Shown here piece by piece: positions 25,758 through 38,941 of a stretch of DNA of 64,000 nucleotides (position 1 is the stretch's first letter; every line of letters starts with the position of its first letter). A model generated the notes under the pieces. That model searched no databases. It was not told the origin of the DNA and saw nothing but the letters and a program-made list of their open reading frames with translations. The stretch is from Octopus sinensis (taxonomy: Eukaryota), in NCBI RefSeq assembly GCF_006345805.1, contig NC_043000.1, positions 124,434,001 through 124,498,000 of the forward strand, given 5' to 3'. Position numbers and translations under genes: made by a program.

Positions 25758-25888
25758 ATCCTTTGTAAGAGTTGTTGCGTAAATGAAATTTCCTTGTATT
25801 CCAAAAGAAACTACTTCATGTAACAGAGATTTCCATACTTTGTAGTCGCCACTGGATTTTTTCAGTGTATAAACATCACCTTTGTAAT
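25758..25888 (-). CDS. SORT1: Sortilin exon: YYKGDVYTLKKSSGDYKVWKSLLHEVVSFGIQGNFIYATTLTKD
   Basis: aacag/gtgagt; phase 1-0; resembles sortilin IYSFGLGGRFLFAS. Confidence 0.92.
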
Positions 25889-27020
25889 CTGTTAAAGACA
25901 AACAGAATTATTATTCAGGAGGCATGCATATACTCTACCCACTCTTCTTATTTCCATGTAGACATGCATATGACAATCTGGTTATCTAATATAAAATCCT
26001 CTTTGAAAAATGGCAATTCTAGAAGAATTAGATAGCAACTTCTTACTTGGGCTGAAGATCAAAAACAAATGCAGTGTATTACTAATACCTTTTTTTTTGT
26101 GAAAGTGCATGGCCTAGTAGTTAGGGTATTTGACTCACAATTGTAAAGTTGAGTTCAATTCCCAAAGGCACACTATGTCCTTGAGCAAGACACTTTATTT
26201 CACATTGCTCCAGTCCACTCAGCTGGCAAAAATGAGTAGCACTTGTATTTCAAAAGGCTAGCTTTGTCCCACCTTGTTTCATGCCGAATCTCCCTGACAA
26301 CTATGTTAAGGGAATGTGTGTCTGTGAAATACTCAGCCACTTGCACGTTAATTTCACAAGCAGTCTGCTGCATTGATTGGATCAACTGCAACCCTCATCA
26401 TCATAATCAGTTAATACTTACTTTGATGACCCCCCAAGAGGATTTGAAGATAGTACATAAAATAGATCTAAATTCTTTACTCCATGTGCAGTTGTCATTA
26501 ACATTGTCATTTAACATTTTCCATGCTGGCATGGATTGGATGCTTCAACAGGAACTGGTAAACCAGAGGACTACACCAAGCTCCAGTGTTTGCTTTGGTA
26601 TGGTTTACATGGTTGGTTATCCTTCCTAATACCAACCAGTTTACAAAGTGTAGTGGGTACTTTTTATGTGATACTGACAGTACAAAACCATTTCTGCTAG
26701 ATAGCCACATCATTAAGTACAAACAGAGCTTAGTTGTGCAATTTTAATAATAATAATGATCCTTTCTACTATAGGCACAAGGCCTGAAATTTTGGGGGAG
26801 AGGACAAGTCAATTACATCAACCCCAGTGTTTCACTGGTACTTAATTTATCAACTCCAAAAGGAAGAAAGGCAAAGTCAAGCTCAGCAGAACTTGAACTC
26901 AGAACAAAGACGAATGAAATTTCATTAAGCATTTTGCCCTGCGTGCTAATTATTCTGCCAGCTCACCGCCTTTTTGAAAATAATAATAATAATAAAGAAT
27001 TTGTTAATATACTCTCTCTA

Positions 27021-27405
27021 ACTCTTTTACTTGTTTCAGTCATTTGACTGCGGCCATGCTGGAGCACCGCCTTTAGTTGAGCAAATCAACCCCGGGACTT
27101 ATTCTTTGTAAGCCCAGTACTTATTCTATCGGTCTTTTTTGCCGAACCGTTAAGTGATGGCGACGTAAACACACCAGCATCGGTTGTCAAGCAATGCTAG
27201 GGGGACAAACACAGACACACAAACATACACACACATATATATATACGACGGGCTTCTTTCAGTTTCCGTCTACAAAATCCACTCACAAGGCTTTTGGTTG
27301 GCCCGAGGCTATAGTAGAAGACACTTGCCCAAGATGCCACGCAGTGGGAATGAACCCAGAACTATGTGGCTGGTAAGCAAGCTATTTACAACACAGCCAC
27401 TCCTG
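27021..27405 (-). mobile_element. SINE family A (tRNA-like head, CORE-like segment, internal (AT)/(GT) microsatellite, aaaagag tail)
   Basis: consensus shared with at least 8 copies in the window (619-973, 4482-4837, 27654-28040, 29107-29499, 40690-41100, 56636-57030 etc.). Confidence 0.9.
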
Positions 27406-27653
27406 AACCTAAATGCTATTAGCAAACAAAGGAGAATCCACATGTACAAACTTATTGAGATTTTAACAGTGCTGAGGCAAATGCTGGGGTGCTGTGTTGA
27501 TTGAGAGGACTTTGTGCCACTTCAATGAAGAATGCACTCCCACTTAGTGAAAGGGGTCTAGTTTTGTCTTGTGAGATTCTTGGCAACCTCATTAGTGCCA
27601 ACACATTGAAAGCAAGCACAAAGTGGTTGATGATAGGAAGCGTATCCCATGGG

Positions 27654-28040
27654 TGCAGGAGTGGCTGTGTGGTAAGTAGCTTGTTTACCAACCACATGGT
27701 TCCGGGTTCAGTCCCACTGCACGGCACCTTGGGCAAGTGTCTTCTACTATAGCCTCGGGCCAACCAAAGCCTTGTGAGTGGATTTGGTAGACGGAAACTG
27801 AAAAGAAGCCTGTCGTATATATGTTTATGTATATATATGTGTGTGTGTGTTTGTCCCCCTAGCATTGCTTGACAACCGATGCTGGTGTGTTTATGTCCCC
27901 GTTACTTAGCGGTTTGGCAAAAGAGAACCAATAGAATAAGTACTGGGCTTACAAAAGAATAAGTCCCAGGGTCGAGTTGCTCGATTAAAGGCAGTGCTCC
28001 AGTATGGCCACAGTCAAATGACTGAAACAAGTAAAAGAGT
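27654..28040 (+). mobile_element. SINE family A, inverted relative to the 27021-27405 copy
   Basis: ggagtggctgtgtggtaag head; ggttcagtccc B-box-like motif. Confidence 0.9.
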
Positions 28041-28774
28041 AAATAAAGTAATTGTAGAAACCATGCTGAAGCAAACGTTGAAGTTCAGTGCAGTCCTCTA
28101 GCTCATCAGCTCCTGTCAAATTATCTAACTCATGCTTGCATGGAAGACAGGCATTAAATGATGATGATGACACACAGACTGACTGTTATAAGCAATTTAC
28201 TTTAGTATGGACAGAAAATCTTATATTTTATTAAGCAGCAGATATTATTTGTCATCATTGTAAGTATTTTTATGAAACATACTATCTTTCTCCTCATCCA
28301 TTCAGCACAGATACAGTGGTATATCTCTACAAGCTACTCAAATCAATGAGAGAGCTTCTACATGGTCATGCAACTTGCTAGAAATAGCAGCCAAATATCT
28401 TCAAAATTAAAAACTATTACTACTATTATTATAAAAGGAACAACACTTTTGTCCAATGTAGTCCCAGTTAAGCTATATCTGAAGACAGGATGGTCATCAT
28501 TGGAAAACTTTTGATTATAGGTAAGTTTGAATATGGTTAACTTGGGCTTCAACAACACAGTATAAATAGATTCACTATTTACCCAGGAGAAAGACCACTA
28601 TACCTGCCCCCAGTATGCATTAAAAATATTATATCAAGTTTCTATTGAATCACTCAAGCGTGGAAGAGCTATTGTTGTTAATATCAAAAACTCTGATCTT
28701 ACATTACAAATATTATACAGGCATTTAGTTACACCCAGTAATAAGAAGACATGAGCTTAAAATGCAAAACTTAC

Positions 28775-28845
28775 AAGTTGAGGTATAGGAGTCATTCTTC
28801 TGTGATATGTAGACAGTATAGCTTTTATCATGTTTTGAAGTTGAC
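28775..28845 (-). CDS. SORT1: Sortilin exon: STSKHDKSYTVYISQKNDSYTST
   Basis: tacag/gtaagt; phase 2-1, the phase needed to join its neighbours; weak sequence similarity. Confidence 0.8.
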
Positions 28846-29106
28846 CTGTAAATGAAAAAAGAGTCTAACTATTACAGAATAAAATTAGATAGAGCAAGTT
28901 AGTATTAAAGCAAGCTATTATCAACTAATGACATAGTTTGAACCATGTATTTCAAGTAACACAACACAACTAATTTGAAAATGTGGTTATTTATTTCTTG
29001 TCTTAAGAATGTAAGGCTGTGCACCTAACATACAAAATGTAATTAATATGTCATATTAAATAATTTGATTGGTAATTTTCACTCTCACTCTCCATATATA
29101 TATATA

Positions 29107-29499
29107 GGCACAGGAGTGGCTGTATGGTAAGTAGCTTGTTTACCAACCACATGGTTCCGGGTTCGGTCCCACTGCGTGGCACCTTGGGCAAGTGTCTTCT
29201 ACTATAGCCTCGGGCCGACCAAAGCCTTGTGAGTGGATTTGGTAGACGGAAACTATAAGAAGCCCGTCGTATATATGTATATATATGCGTGTGTGTGTTT
29301 GTGTGTCTGTTTGTCCCCCTAGCATTGCTTGACAGCCGATGCTGGTGTGTTTATGTCCCCGTTACTTAGCGGTTCGGCAAAAGAGACCGACAGAATAAGT
29401 ACTGGGCTTACAAAAGAATAAGTCCCAGGGTTGAGTTGCTTGATTAAAGGCGGTGCTCCAGCATGTCCGCAGTCAAAAGACTGAAACAAGTAAAAGAGT
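29107..29499 (+). mobile_element. SINE family A full copy
   Basis: same consensus. Confidence 0.9.
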
Positions 29500-29890
29500 A
29501 TATATATATCAACATTGTCATAATGCTTATTTTTCCATAGTTGCAGGGGTTGGACAGAATTCAACTCCCACCTCTTTCCAAGCAAGGTAATATTTCACCT
29601 TGGCCAGACATGTTTTCATGGAAGATTAGAAATGAATGGTATTGCCTATATTATATTTATATATATATGGTTTTTGTTAAGCAGCATAAATTTTTACAAT
29701 TCTGTAAATAATAATAATAGTATTTTATAAGCTTATAAGCGATCACCGTGCAATGACTAAAGAAAATAGTCTAATAATGGGGCATATAAGCCCTTGACAG
29801 AAAAAGTAAGTTTTCCTGTACACGTGGGACTCGAACCCACACTTCTTTGTTTTTGCAACAAGAATGCTACATATAGATATATATATATAT

Positions 29891-29942
<52 letters not shown>

Positions 29943-31127
29943 TAGATAGAGAGAGGGAGGGAGAGAGAGAGAAAGACACACACACATGATGGGCTTCTTT
30001 CAGTTTCTGTCTCTAACAAATCTACTCTCAAGGCTTTGGTTGAGCTGGGTCTGTAGTCAAGGATACTTGCCCAAGGTACCATGCAGTGGGACTGAACCTG
30101 AAACCTTGTGGTCACAAAGCAAACTTCATAATTTCTAACAGTTGCACAAAGCCATGAAATATTCTGAGAGAAGTACAGTTGAATGAAATGACACCCAGTA
30201 TTTAGCTGGTACTTTATTTTGTTGATCCCAGAAAAAATTATAGACAAAAAGAACCCCCAGGATACTTTATACTCACTTTATAGAGAGACATAATTAAATA
30301 GCACAAGGTATATTTTCTGTCCCTCTACTTTCAAATATGCTTGTAGTAGATTTTTATACTCCTCCTCACTGCCGCCGTGACCATCACCACCAGCAATATA
30401 ATTTTATGTTCACTTCTCATGTTGGCATGGGCTGCACTGGTCAACATGATCTGAATCAGTTCTTATTTGTTGTTAATGTCTTCCTAGGTGAGTTGGATGG
30501 CTATGTTTCAATCATGCATTTCATTTTTGGCATGGCCTCTAACACTAGATGTCCTTCATACCACCAATCACTTTACAGCATGTACTGAGTGTATTCTATT
30601 AGCATCAGAAGTTGTTATATCCTCAACAAGACATGACTGAAGGGTCTTCTTGGCCCCACATTTTTTCCATTTGTTCCACAGCCACTTCATAAAGTGTACA
30701 GGGTGCATTTTATTCTGACACCAGCCCTTAAGACAAAACAGTCCTCATTGCTCAATGCTGTCACTCGACCAATGGATTGAGGAGAAAAAGTGTTTGTAGA
30801 AAATAAAGTCAGGTGAGATAGAAAGAAGAGAAAATAAAAGTGAGTGGTGTAACAGTATGGAAGAGGAGGGAGAAATGAGAGAAACAGTGATAGCAGAGGT
30901 CATTGAGGAAAGATACCAATGGAAGTGAAATGTTTGCTGACAAGAGAGAAGAGCAAGTGATAGATAGTTATGGAAATGCTTGGAAGTAAAAGAGTGCCAT
31001 GGATGTCAATAATGAGAGGCTGAGGTGGTTAGTGAGGTGGCCAGAAGTATAGAAAGAGGGATGTTTGTTGATAAGAATTTTGATCAACAAGTGCAGGAGA
31101 AACAAAACAAATAGAAAAAATGCTTAC

Positions 31128-31198
31128 CAAAAAAATAGATTAACGCTTGAAGCAATAGGTTTCCATTTCCTTCCAGCGTCACTTGAAAGATGGAGTTG
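31128..31198 (-). CDS. SORT1: Sortilin exon: QLHLSSDAGRKWKPIASSVNLFFW
   Basis: ttcag/gtaagc; phase 0-2; Asp-box SSDAGRKW. Confidence 0.9.
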
Positions 31199-31769
31199 CT
31201 GAAAGAAATTATGAACAAGCTTTAAAAGCAATCTTTGTTTTTTTATATTTCTCCCTCTCTTGTTTATACACACACCAGAGTTGATATGAAGTATATGAAA
31301 GTAAACCTTTTAGACCGATCACAAAATACAGTTCTCTTTACTGAATACATTTCTACCTGCATCATCTCATCAGATCAACTTACTATAACTGGGTCTAGCC
31401 TATTTAAATTTCTCCCCATATCTTTACTGTACATCCCACCACTGACTCTCAACATTTCTTCACCAAGCATATTCCATCTGTATTACATATCAGTATTGTC
31501 CTTTTACTGTAAGTGGAAACCACGACAGCAGCTAACTTTCTTTTCTGTTTACAAAGTGCAAATCATCATCATTTAGCATCCGTTTTCCATGTTGGCATGG
31601 ATAAGATGGTTTGACTGGAGCTGGTAAGGTGGAGAGCTGTGCCAAGCTCCAGTTTGTTTTGGTTTAGTTTCTACAGCTGGATGCCCATTCCAAACTCCAA
31701 CCACTCCACAGAGTGTACTGTGCGTCTTTTATGCATCACCGGCAACGGTACCTGTTACACATCAGCATG

Positions 31770-31925
31770 GGTGCCTTTTATGTGTCGCCAGCACAGGTGC
31801 CTTTCATGTGCCACTGACATGGGAGCCTTTTACGTGTCACTAGCACAAATACCATTTATGTCACTGGCACAGGTGCCTTTTACATTTCACCAGCATGGGT
31901 GCCTTTCATATATCATTAGCACTGG
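31770..31925 (-). repeat. ~23-bp minisatellite derived from the RTE tail module
   Basis: gcatgggtgccttttatgtg(c/t)c-like unit, about 6-7 times. Confidence 0.75.
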
Positions 31926-32521
31926 CCACAACTATGATTTCACTTAGCTTGATGTATTGGGAATTAGAATATATTAGGACAGTACACTAACCATAAACCA
32001 CGGACACTTGGGTTCACCCTCTTCATCTCACTTATATTAATTCTATACAGAGATAATTTGCCTAATTAGTATTTTCCAGATCTGAGTGTCTCTGGGACAC
32101 CCATCTGGCCCACATTTTTATCTCCAGTCAATAATCTGCAACAATTCAAATCTGAGATTAACTTACACTGACTGTAACCAATTAAGTTGATCCTGTTCCA
32201 TCCAAAAGAACTGCCTTTTCTTCATTAACTAATAATATAAGTTTGTTCCTTTGCAACACACATTACTTTACCTTTTGATGAAGAAACCAAGAAGAGGAGG
32301 TGAGTACTTGGAACATTAAAAAGGAAATTCTGAGACTAGCTATACTAAATACTGATTGAGTAATAAAAATAGATGGTCCAATAATATAATTCAATGAATA
32401 ACAATGAAACTCTTTAATAAGAGACAAGTAGAAATAGAAAATAAATACCAGTACCTCTTATGGGATGGAATTGAATGTTCCAGCTAAACTAATGCATAAT
32501 CATAAACTGACTCTTACATAC

Positions 32522-32671
32522 CTTTTTCTCAGACTCTCTAGTCAGTATGTGGTTTTCACTGATGTCATTAAATACCAATGAACCATCCAGGTTAAAATTC
32601 AATGGTGCTTTTGTAAAACTCTTGCCACCATCTTCAGTGATAAATAAGTTAGAGTAGGTAATAACATAGAT
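32522..32671 (-). CDS. SORT1: Sortilin exon: IYVITYSNLFITEDGGKSFTKAPLNFNLDGSLVFNDISENHILTRESEKK
   Basis: ttcag/gtatgt; 150 bp, phase 0-0; Asp-box TEDGGKSF. Confidence 0.9.
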
Positions 32672-32833
32672 CTGAAATAAGAAAGAAGAAGTTCCATAGT
32701 GTTAAATTTATATATCTTATAGTAGCAGCGGGAAAGAGAAACAGTAGAGTGCAAAAGAAGAGAGCGAATAAATGTTAGAAAAAAGAAAGTGGTGAAAGAG
32801 AGAAAACTATATGCAAAAGGGTAGGAATATCAC

Positions 32834-32936
32834 CTTTTTCACATTGGACTTATGGTGCTGCAAACCATTGAGCTTTCTGATAATATCATTTTCCAACAAC
32901 GAACTAATCTCTTTAAAATTTCCTCCAAAAGTGTCA
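32834..32936 (-). CDS. SORT1: Sortilin exon: SDTFGGNFKEISSLLENDIIRKLNGLQHHKSNVKK
   Basis: cag/gtgata boundaries; phase 2-0; BNR/Asp-box-like S-x-D-x-G-x-x-F, resembling SEDYGKNFKDI. Confidence 0.9.
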
Positions 32937-33039
32937 CTGTAAATTAAATTTAACAAGTAGCAGTTAGAGACAAGTTAAAACAGAAAACTTTCTATCAACA
33001 AGATACACACATATATCTAATATCAAACAACTATATATA

Positions 33040-33183
33040 CTGTATTTTACTTGTGTATAAGTCACATCCCCAACTTAGTGTTAAATCCTAGTACAAAAAG
33101 TTTTTCCTTCATGTATAGGACCCCAGTTTTTTCCAGTTAAAATCAAGTATAAAATAATGCAACTTATACACAAGTAAATACAG
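33040..33183. mobile_element. pogo/Tigger-like MITE with TA TSD; related copy at about 19127-19271 interrupted by the Tc1
   Basis: ta|CTGTATTTTACTTGTGTATAAG ... CTTATACACAAGTAAATACAG|ta. Confidence 0.8.
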
Positions 33184-33994
33184 TATAGCTTATGGCATTG
33201 AAATAGCAGCTAGCATTGAAAAATTTCCTCATTAACAAATATTGGTTTCAAATTTTTGGTAAAAGGCCAGCAATTTCAAGGGAGGGGTTAAGTCAATTAC
33301 ATCAACCCCAGTGCTCAACTGGTACTTATTTTATTGACCCCAAAAGGATGAAAGGCAAAGTCAACCTCAGCAGAATTTGAACTCAGAACAAAAAGATAGA
33401 TGAAATGTTGCTAAGCATTTTAACCAGCATGCTAACAATTCTGCCAGCTCACCATCTTCTCTTGTTAATAAATATTAAGAAATTAAATACAAAATGTTTC
33501 AATTTGTATACTATATAGGAACTCCAAGGTAATGAATAGACCTTTTTAAAACAGTGGTTCAACTTGCATCAATACTTGGTGTTAAGAAAAGAAGATATAC
33601 AAATAGTCATATGGTGAATCCTCCATGGACATTCAAACACTAAGATTATGTGCTAAGTCATGGTTTCATGGGAGAAAAACTGAAAGACAAAGTAAGCTGA
33701 ACTATTTGCATGTCTTGCTGATATTGACTTGACTTTTTATCTCTCATCAGTTAATGAGATAAACACCAGCTTGTAAACTGTGGAAGGCTGTCAAAATTTA
33801 AACTAAATCAAGTATCTATGATAAACAATTCAGTCTCAAGCTTAAAAGCCATAAGGCTCAATATGGCATGCAGCTGATTAAGAATTATAAAAATTTTCAT
33901 AGAATAACAATACAGACCAGTAAAAGAATTCAGCAATTGTGTCTTTATTCAGCCATCTTTCTAAATATTTTTTCATTCAACAAAAATTTAGACA

Positions 33995-34051
33995 AAATCA
34001 AACAGGCTTTAAGTGTAAAGATTATCTTTCCACTTAAAGCCTGTTTGATTT
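33995..34051. repeat. 57-nt hairpin with perfect 21-bp arms
   Basis: AAATCAAACAGGCTTTAAGTG / CACTTAAAGCCTGTTTGATTT. Confidence 0.9.
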
Positions 34052-35787
34052 AGAGTTACACTTGTTTTGTTTTAACAATTAATATTTTCCTTCCTATTTG
34101 TAAATAAAATGTGTATTGTTAAACTCTTTTGTTATTGTTGTAGGATACTTAAAGTTCTGGTTAAACAAACCACTGCCATAGGTCTACAGAAGGAAATACT
34201 TATGACTGACAAGCCTAGTAGGGTGAACACATTGAAATAAATGTTTGAAACTATTTATCTTAATGACTTTAAGGAGAAAGAGATAAATGGTTATCAAAAT
34301 CATCATAATTGTTTTTATGTCCACCACTTCATGCTTGCATGGATTGGAGTCTAGTATATTGAAGCAGATTTCTGCTGTCAAATGTCTTTCTTGTTGCCAG
34401 TTCTTACCAGTTACTAAGTCAAATAACATTTCCCTATGGCATGATATGTTTACACAGACAATTGGAAACAAATGATACTGAAAACCATTTACAACTATCA
34501 TGCAATGTCAAGACAAGGAGACACAAACACACATCTACATACATATGTGACAGGCTTCTTTCAGTTTCTGTCTATCAAATCCACTCACGAGGGGCTTTAG
34601 TTGGCCCAGAGTCATAGTAGAAGATACATGCCCAAGATATGCAGAAGAACTGAACTTGAAACTATGTGATTGAGAAGCAAACGTCTTAGCCACACAGCCA
34701 TGTCTGCACCAACCTGCTCATAATTAATCTTGTCCAGTCTAGATAAATAACTGATCACGAAGGCATTGCTCTTCTTTAAACAATATTCAACAATGATATT
34801 ACTGGGAATATACTGATCAGTATAATGAACATTTTTTAAGAAATAGAGTCAGTAGAGTAAAGAGAAACAGATCATAGTCTTAGTCAACAAAAACTGCAGC
34901 CATAGCTCTTGTTACATGAAAAAGAAGCTAGAAATAAAATACTTTTGAATTAATTTCTTTGTTGAATATCTGTTTTCCCATAGGTTGGCTGGGAATGTTA
35001 TTGAGGCAGAATTTTTAGCTGAATGCTCTTCCTGTCAATAATCCTGACCTGTTTTTCAGAGTGATTAGTCATAATTTTCTTTCATGCTAGCATGGAAAAC
35101 AGACGTTAAACGATGATGATGATGATGATGTAGGCACAAGGCTTGTAATTTTGTGGGAAGAGGTTAGTCAATATTATTGACACTAGTGCTTGACTGGTAC
35201 TTATTTCATTGACTCCAAAAGGTTGAAAAGCAAAGTCAACCTCTGCAGAGGTTTGAACTCAAACGTGAAATGCCACTAAGCATTTTGCCTGAGGTTCTAA
35301 CAATTCTGCCAGCTCACTACACAACATTAACTAGGAATGTAAACATATCACAGTTTCTCCCAAGTAAAGCCATGGGATGTCAACATTTTATGCACCATCA
35401 TCACCATTTGACATCTGGCTTTTATGCTGATAGGGGTTGCACCATTTGATAGGGTCTGATAGAGACAGAGGACTGTGTCATGCACCAGTTTCTTCTTTCA
35501 CATAGTTTCTACACTTGGATGCCTTTCCAAACACCAACCATTTTACAGAGTGTACTGGGTGATTGTCTTTCAAGGCACCAACACGAGTCATGATCACCTA
35601 AAGCCCTAAAGTGATGCCTACAGTTGAGAGAGTTATTCACAAATACAGAGAGAGAGAGAGAGAGAGACTATGTAAAACATAAACATATGGCAATTACTTT
35701 ACATTATTAACTCATTGGAATTTCACAACAATGTTACAGAGCACACACAAATCAATATAAAATTAAAAAATGAAGTTGCTTTATTAC

Positions 35788-35849
35788 CTTCTATAAAGAT
35801 TTGATGAAGCTTTCATTTCTCTAGGACTTGTCATAGCAACTAAAATAAC
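35788..35849 (-). CDS. SORT1: Sortilin (VPS10 domain) exon, first one visible: VILVAMTSPREMKASSNLYR
   Basis: ttag acceptor and gtaata donor; phase 0-2; resembles sortilin VILVLTT...SKLYR. Confidence 0.85.
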
Positions 35850-36730
35850 CTAATAAAATAGAAAAACAAAAATGAGGCACTTTCTAAATTAATTTTTCTC
35901 TTCGCGCTAACCATTTCACATACACGTCACTTGGCCAATCATGTGAGAGTGGGACTTTAATGTCATTTATTTATTCGTTCAATTATATCTCCTCAATTTT
36001 CTGTCATGTCTTTAATTCCTTACTGTCTTCTAAATATCCACCAGCATCGGAATGATGCCTCCACCTTCATGTTTGCATGGGTCAGATGGAATCCATCAAG
36101 ACATATTATTTAGAATTGGGTGCCTTTCTTGTTGCCAAACCTTGCCTGTTTCCAAATAAGGTAATATTTCTCCTTGGCTAGACTTGTTTTCATGCTAGAC
36201 TGGAAATGAATGGTATCACTTTCATGATGGTGTCACCTGTTCATAATGTCAAGAAAACAAGACACAAACACATGCATCACTCACACATATACAACGGGCT
36301 TGTTTCAGTTTCTTTCTACCAAATCTACTCACAAAGCTTGACCATCATGAGGCTACAACAGAAGACACTTACCTAAAGCAATGTAAATGGGACTGAACTC
36401 GAAACCACATGGTTGGGAAGCTAACTTCTTAAACATACAGCCATGCTTGTACTGCAATACATATGCATCTTATATATATATATATATATAATATATATAT
36501 ATATATACAAAATAAGAAAATGGAGAAATACATCCAAATCAAATATCAATTACCAGATAATACCCAATCACATACTTTATTAAACCACCACATAAGAAAC
36601 TTTAAGGACAAACATAATAATGTAGAACAAAACAGTGTACATAAAGGAGTGTACATAAAGGAGTAATGTTATACAATAAGTACAATATATATAAGAGAAT
36701 ATAAATATAAATAAATATAAATATAGACTA

Positions 36731-36858
36731 CATCTTACAGCTGTTTCGGCCATGCAGGTAAGTATGTCTCATTTTACTTATATTAGCCATTTATGGTAGG
36801 TCAATATGCAGTTATAAATGAGACATTTATAAAAATATCCTAAGGCCTCTTTGGAGAT
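36731..36858 (-). ncRNA. Degenerate Penelope-type hammerhead (core mutated, long loop II)
   Basis: AUCU-CCAAAGA-GGCC..92 nt..GGCC-GAAACAGCUGUA-AGAU. Confidence 0.5.
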
Positions 36859-37968
36859 TATGTGATACAAATCAGATTACATACACACTTATATAGGTGT
36901 GGGTACATACCCATAATAAAACATATACATATACATATGAGTGCATATACTCATACTCCTATACATATAAATATACATATACATAAGGATATAAATGATC
37001 ATCATCATCATCATCATCGTCGTTTAACGTCCGTTCTCCATGCTAGCATGGGTTGGACGGTTCGACTGGGGTTCTGGGAAGCCAGAAGGCTGCACCAGGC
37101 TCCAGTCTAATTTGGCAATGTTTCTACAGCTGGATGCCCTTCCTAACGCCATAATATAAATAATATAAATCAATAAACATACTTATGTTCCACATTCAAT
37201 GTTACAGTTTTTCAACTTAATATTGTGATAATTACAATGTAGAAAAACATACACATATTAATACTTAATGCAGATATACAGAGTCAAGAGTACATTATAT
37301 TAATTCTTAACAATTTCCAAAATGTCATTAATGTTAGCATCATTATCATTGTCATTACCACTAATGCTACCAATATCATCATTCATATTATTATTAATAA
37401 CGCTAATACTAGAAAAACAATATATAGATTCCATTATTAGCAATATAGTCACAATAGTACTACAATACCATGCAAAGTGTTAAATATCTGCATATAGATA
37501 CGAAATAAAAGCATTCTGTGTACACGACATTAAGATTCACAGGTGCACAGATGTACTTCCGAGTTCAGATTCATAATTTCCATTGTGACACAAATACACT
37601 ATTACTTTCAGAAATAGTTACGAATCTAGCGCTAAAATATGATTGGCTAGTGGATTTGAATTTAAATTACCATTGTCTTCTTTACAGTTGGTTTGTTGAG
37701 AGCGTTACATTTCTACTAAACTAGCTTAGGCATGGGAAAAACTATACCAACATACACATACATATACATATACATATGAACACATTTCGACATATCCACC
37801 TATATTTACTAAATTACAAAATATATGTCTGCCCATCAAAGGAGGTATACATACATACACAATAAGTAACAGAAATTACTATTAATTAAGATATAAGTAA
37901 ATTAATTATAAATTAAATTAATTATAAATTAATAAGTGCCAAAAAAGAAGGATGAATGAATAAATAAA

Positions 37969-38068
37969 NNNNNNNNNNNNNNNNNNNNNNNNNNNNNNNN
38001 NNNNNNNNNNNNNNNNNNNNNNNNNNNNNNNNNNNNNNNNNNNNNNNNNNNNNNNNNNNNNNNNNNNN
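37969..38068. other. Assembly gap (100 N, size probably unknown)
   Basis: run of exactly 100 N. Confidence 1.
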
Positions 38069-38708
38069 AAATAAATTTCATTAACAAGTTGAAGAACGTG
38101 AAGAAAGAGAAAATATTTATTACATTAGTTTATTTATGTACATTTAGCATTTATAGTACAATTGGAAAGTAAAGTCATTTTGTTGTAGAGAATTATGACT
38201 TAAAATTCACACTAGCTAATCCTTCATACTAACTACTAGAGTTCACAACAATTCAAATAAATCTTATTGGATTTTTATCATAGACATGGCATAAAAAATA
38301 GCCAGTATCTCAAGGAGTGAGTGTCGTGGAGTTTAGTACCATCCTATGGTCACTGAGTAATTTCCCAAAAGTCAGGATTTTTATAACTGCTCATATCCAA
38401 ATTCTAAGAACCGTATTTCATGAAAGATTTCTTTGACGAAACTTTAGAATTCATACAAGGGCAGTAATTTCAACCAATGGAATTATCAACAATTATGCTT
38501 GTTTGTGCAAACAATTATGTCATATTGCCACCTTTTATGACTTGCTAAACTGTAAATATAAATGTGTACATTTATTGCTTATATCAGGAAATGTAAACAT
38601 TGGCAAAAGAACTGATTAACTTGTGCTTTTGAACAAAAATACCTCTGGTATTTGTTCTAAGTTGTATAGCCCCTCCCTTGCTCTCTTTGACCATTATAAA
38701 TGAAGTGA

Positions 38709-38941
38709 AAAGGCGGCGAGCTGGCAGAAATGTTAGCAACCCGGGTGAAATGCTTACCGGTATTTTGTCTGCCATTACGTTCTGAGTTCAAATTCCGCCG
38801 AGGTCGACTTTGCATTTCATCCTTTCGGGGTCGATAAATTAAGTACCAGTTACACACTGGGGTCGATGTAATCGACTTAATCCATTTGTCTGTCCTTGTT
38901 TGTCCCCTCTGTGTTTAGCCCCTTGTGGGTAGTAAAGAAAT
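38709..38941 (+). mobile_element. SINE family B (Nin/Deu-domain-like); other copies at 25306-25533(-), 61443-61650(+) and many fragments
   Basis: gagttcaaattcc B-box, then gaggtcgactttgcctttcatcctttcggggtcgataaa. Confidence 0.8.

Noticed and set aside
27654-27730. tRNA-like sequences at SINE heads, also 61810-61872
   Set aside because: No complete cloverleaf; SINE-derived.
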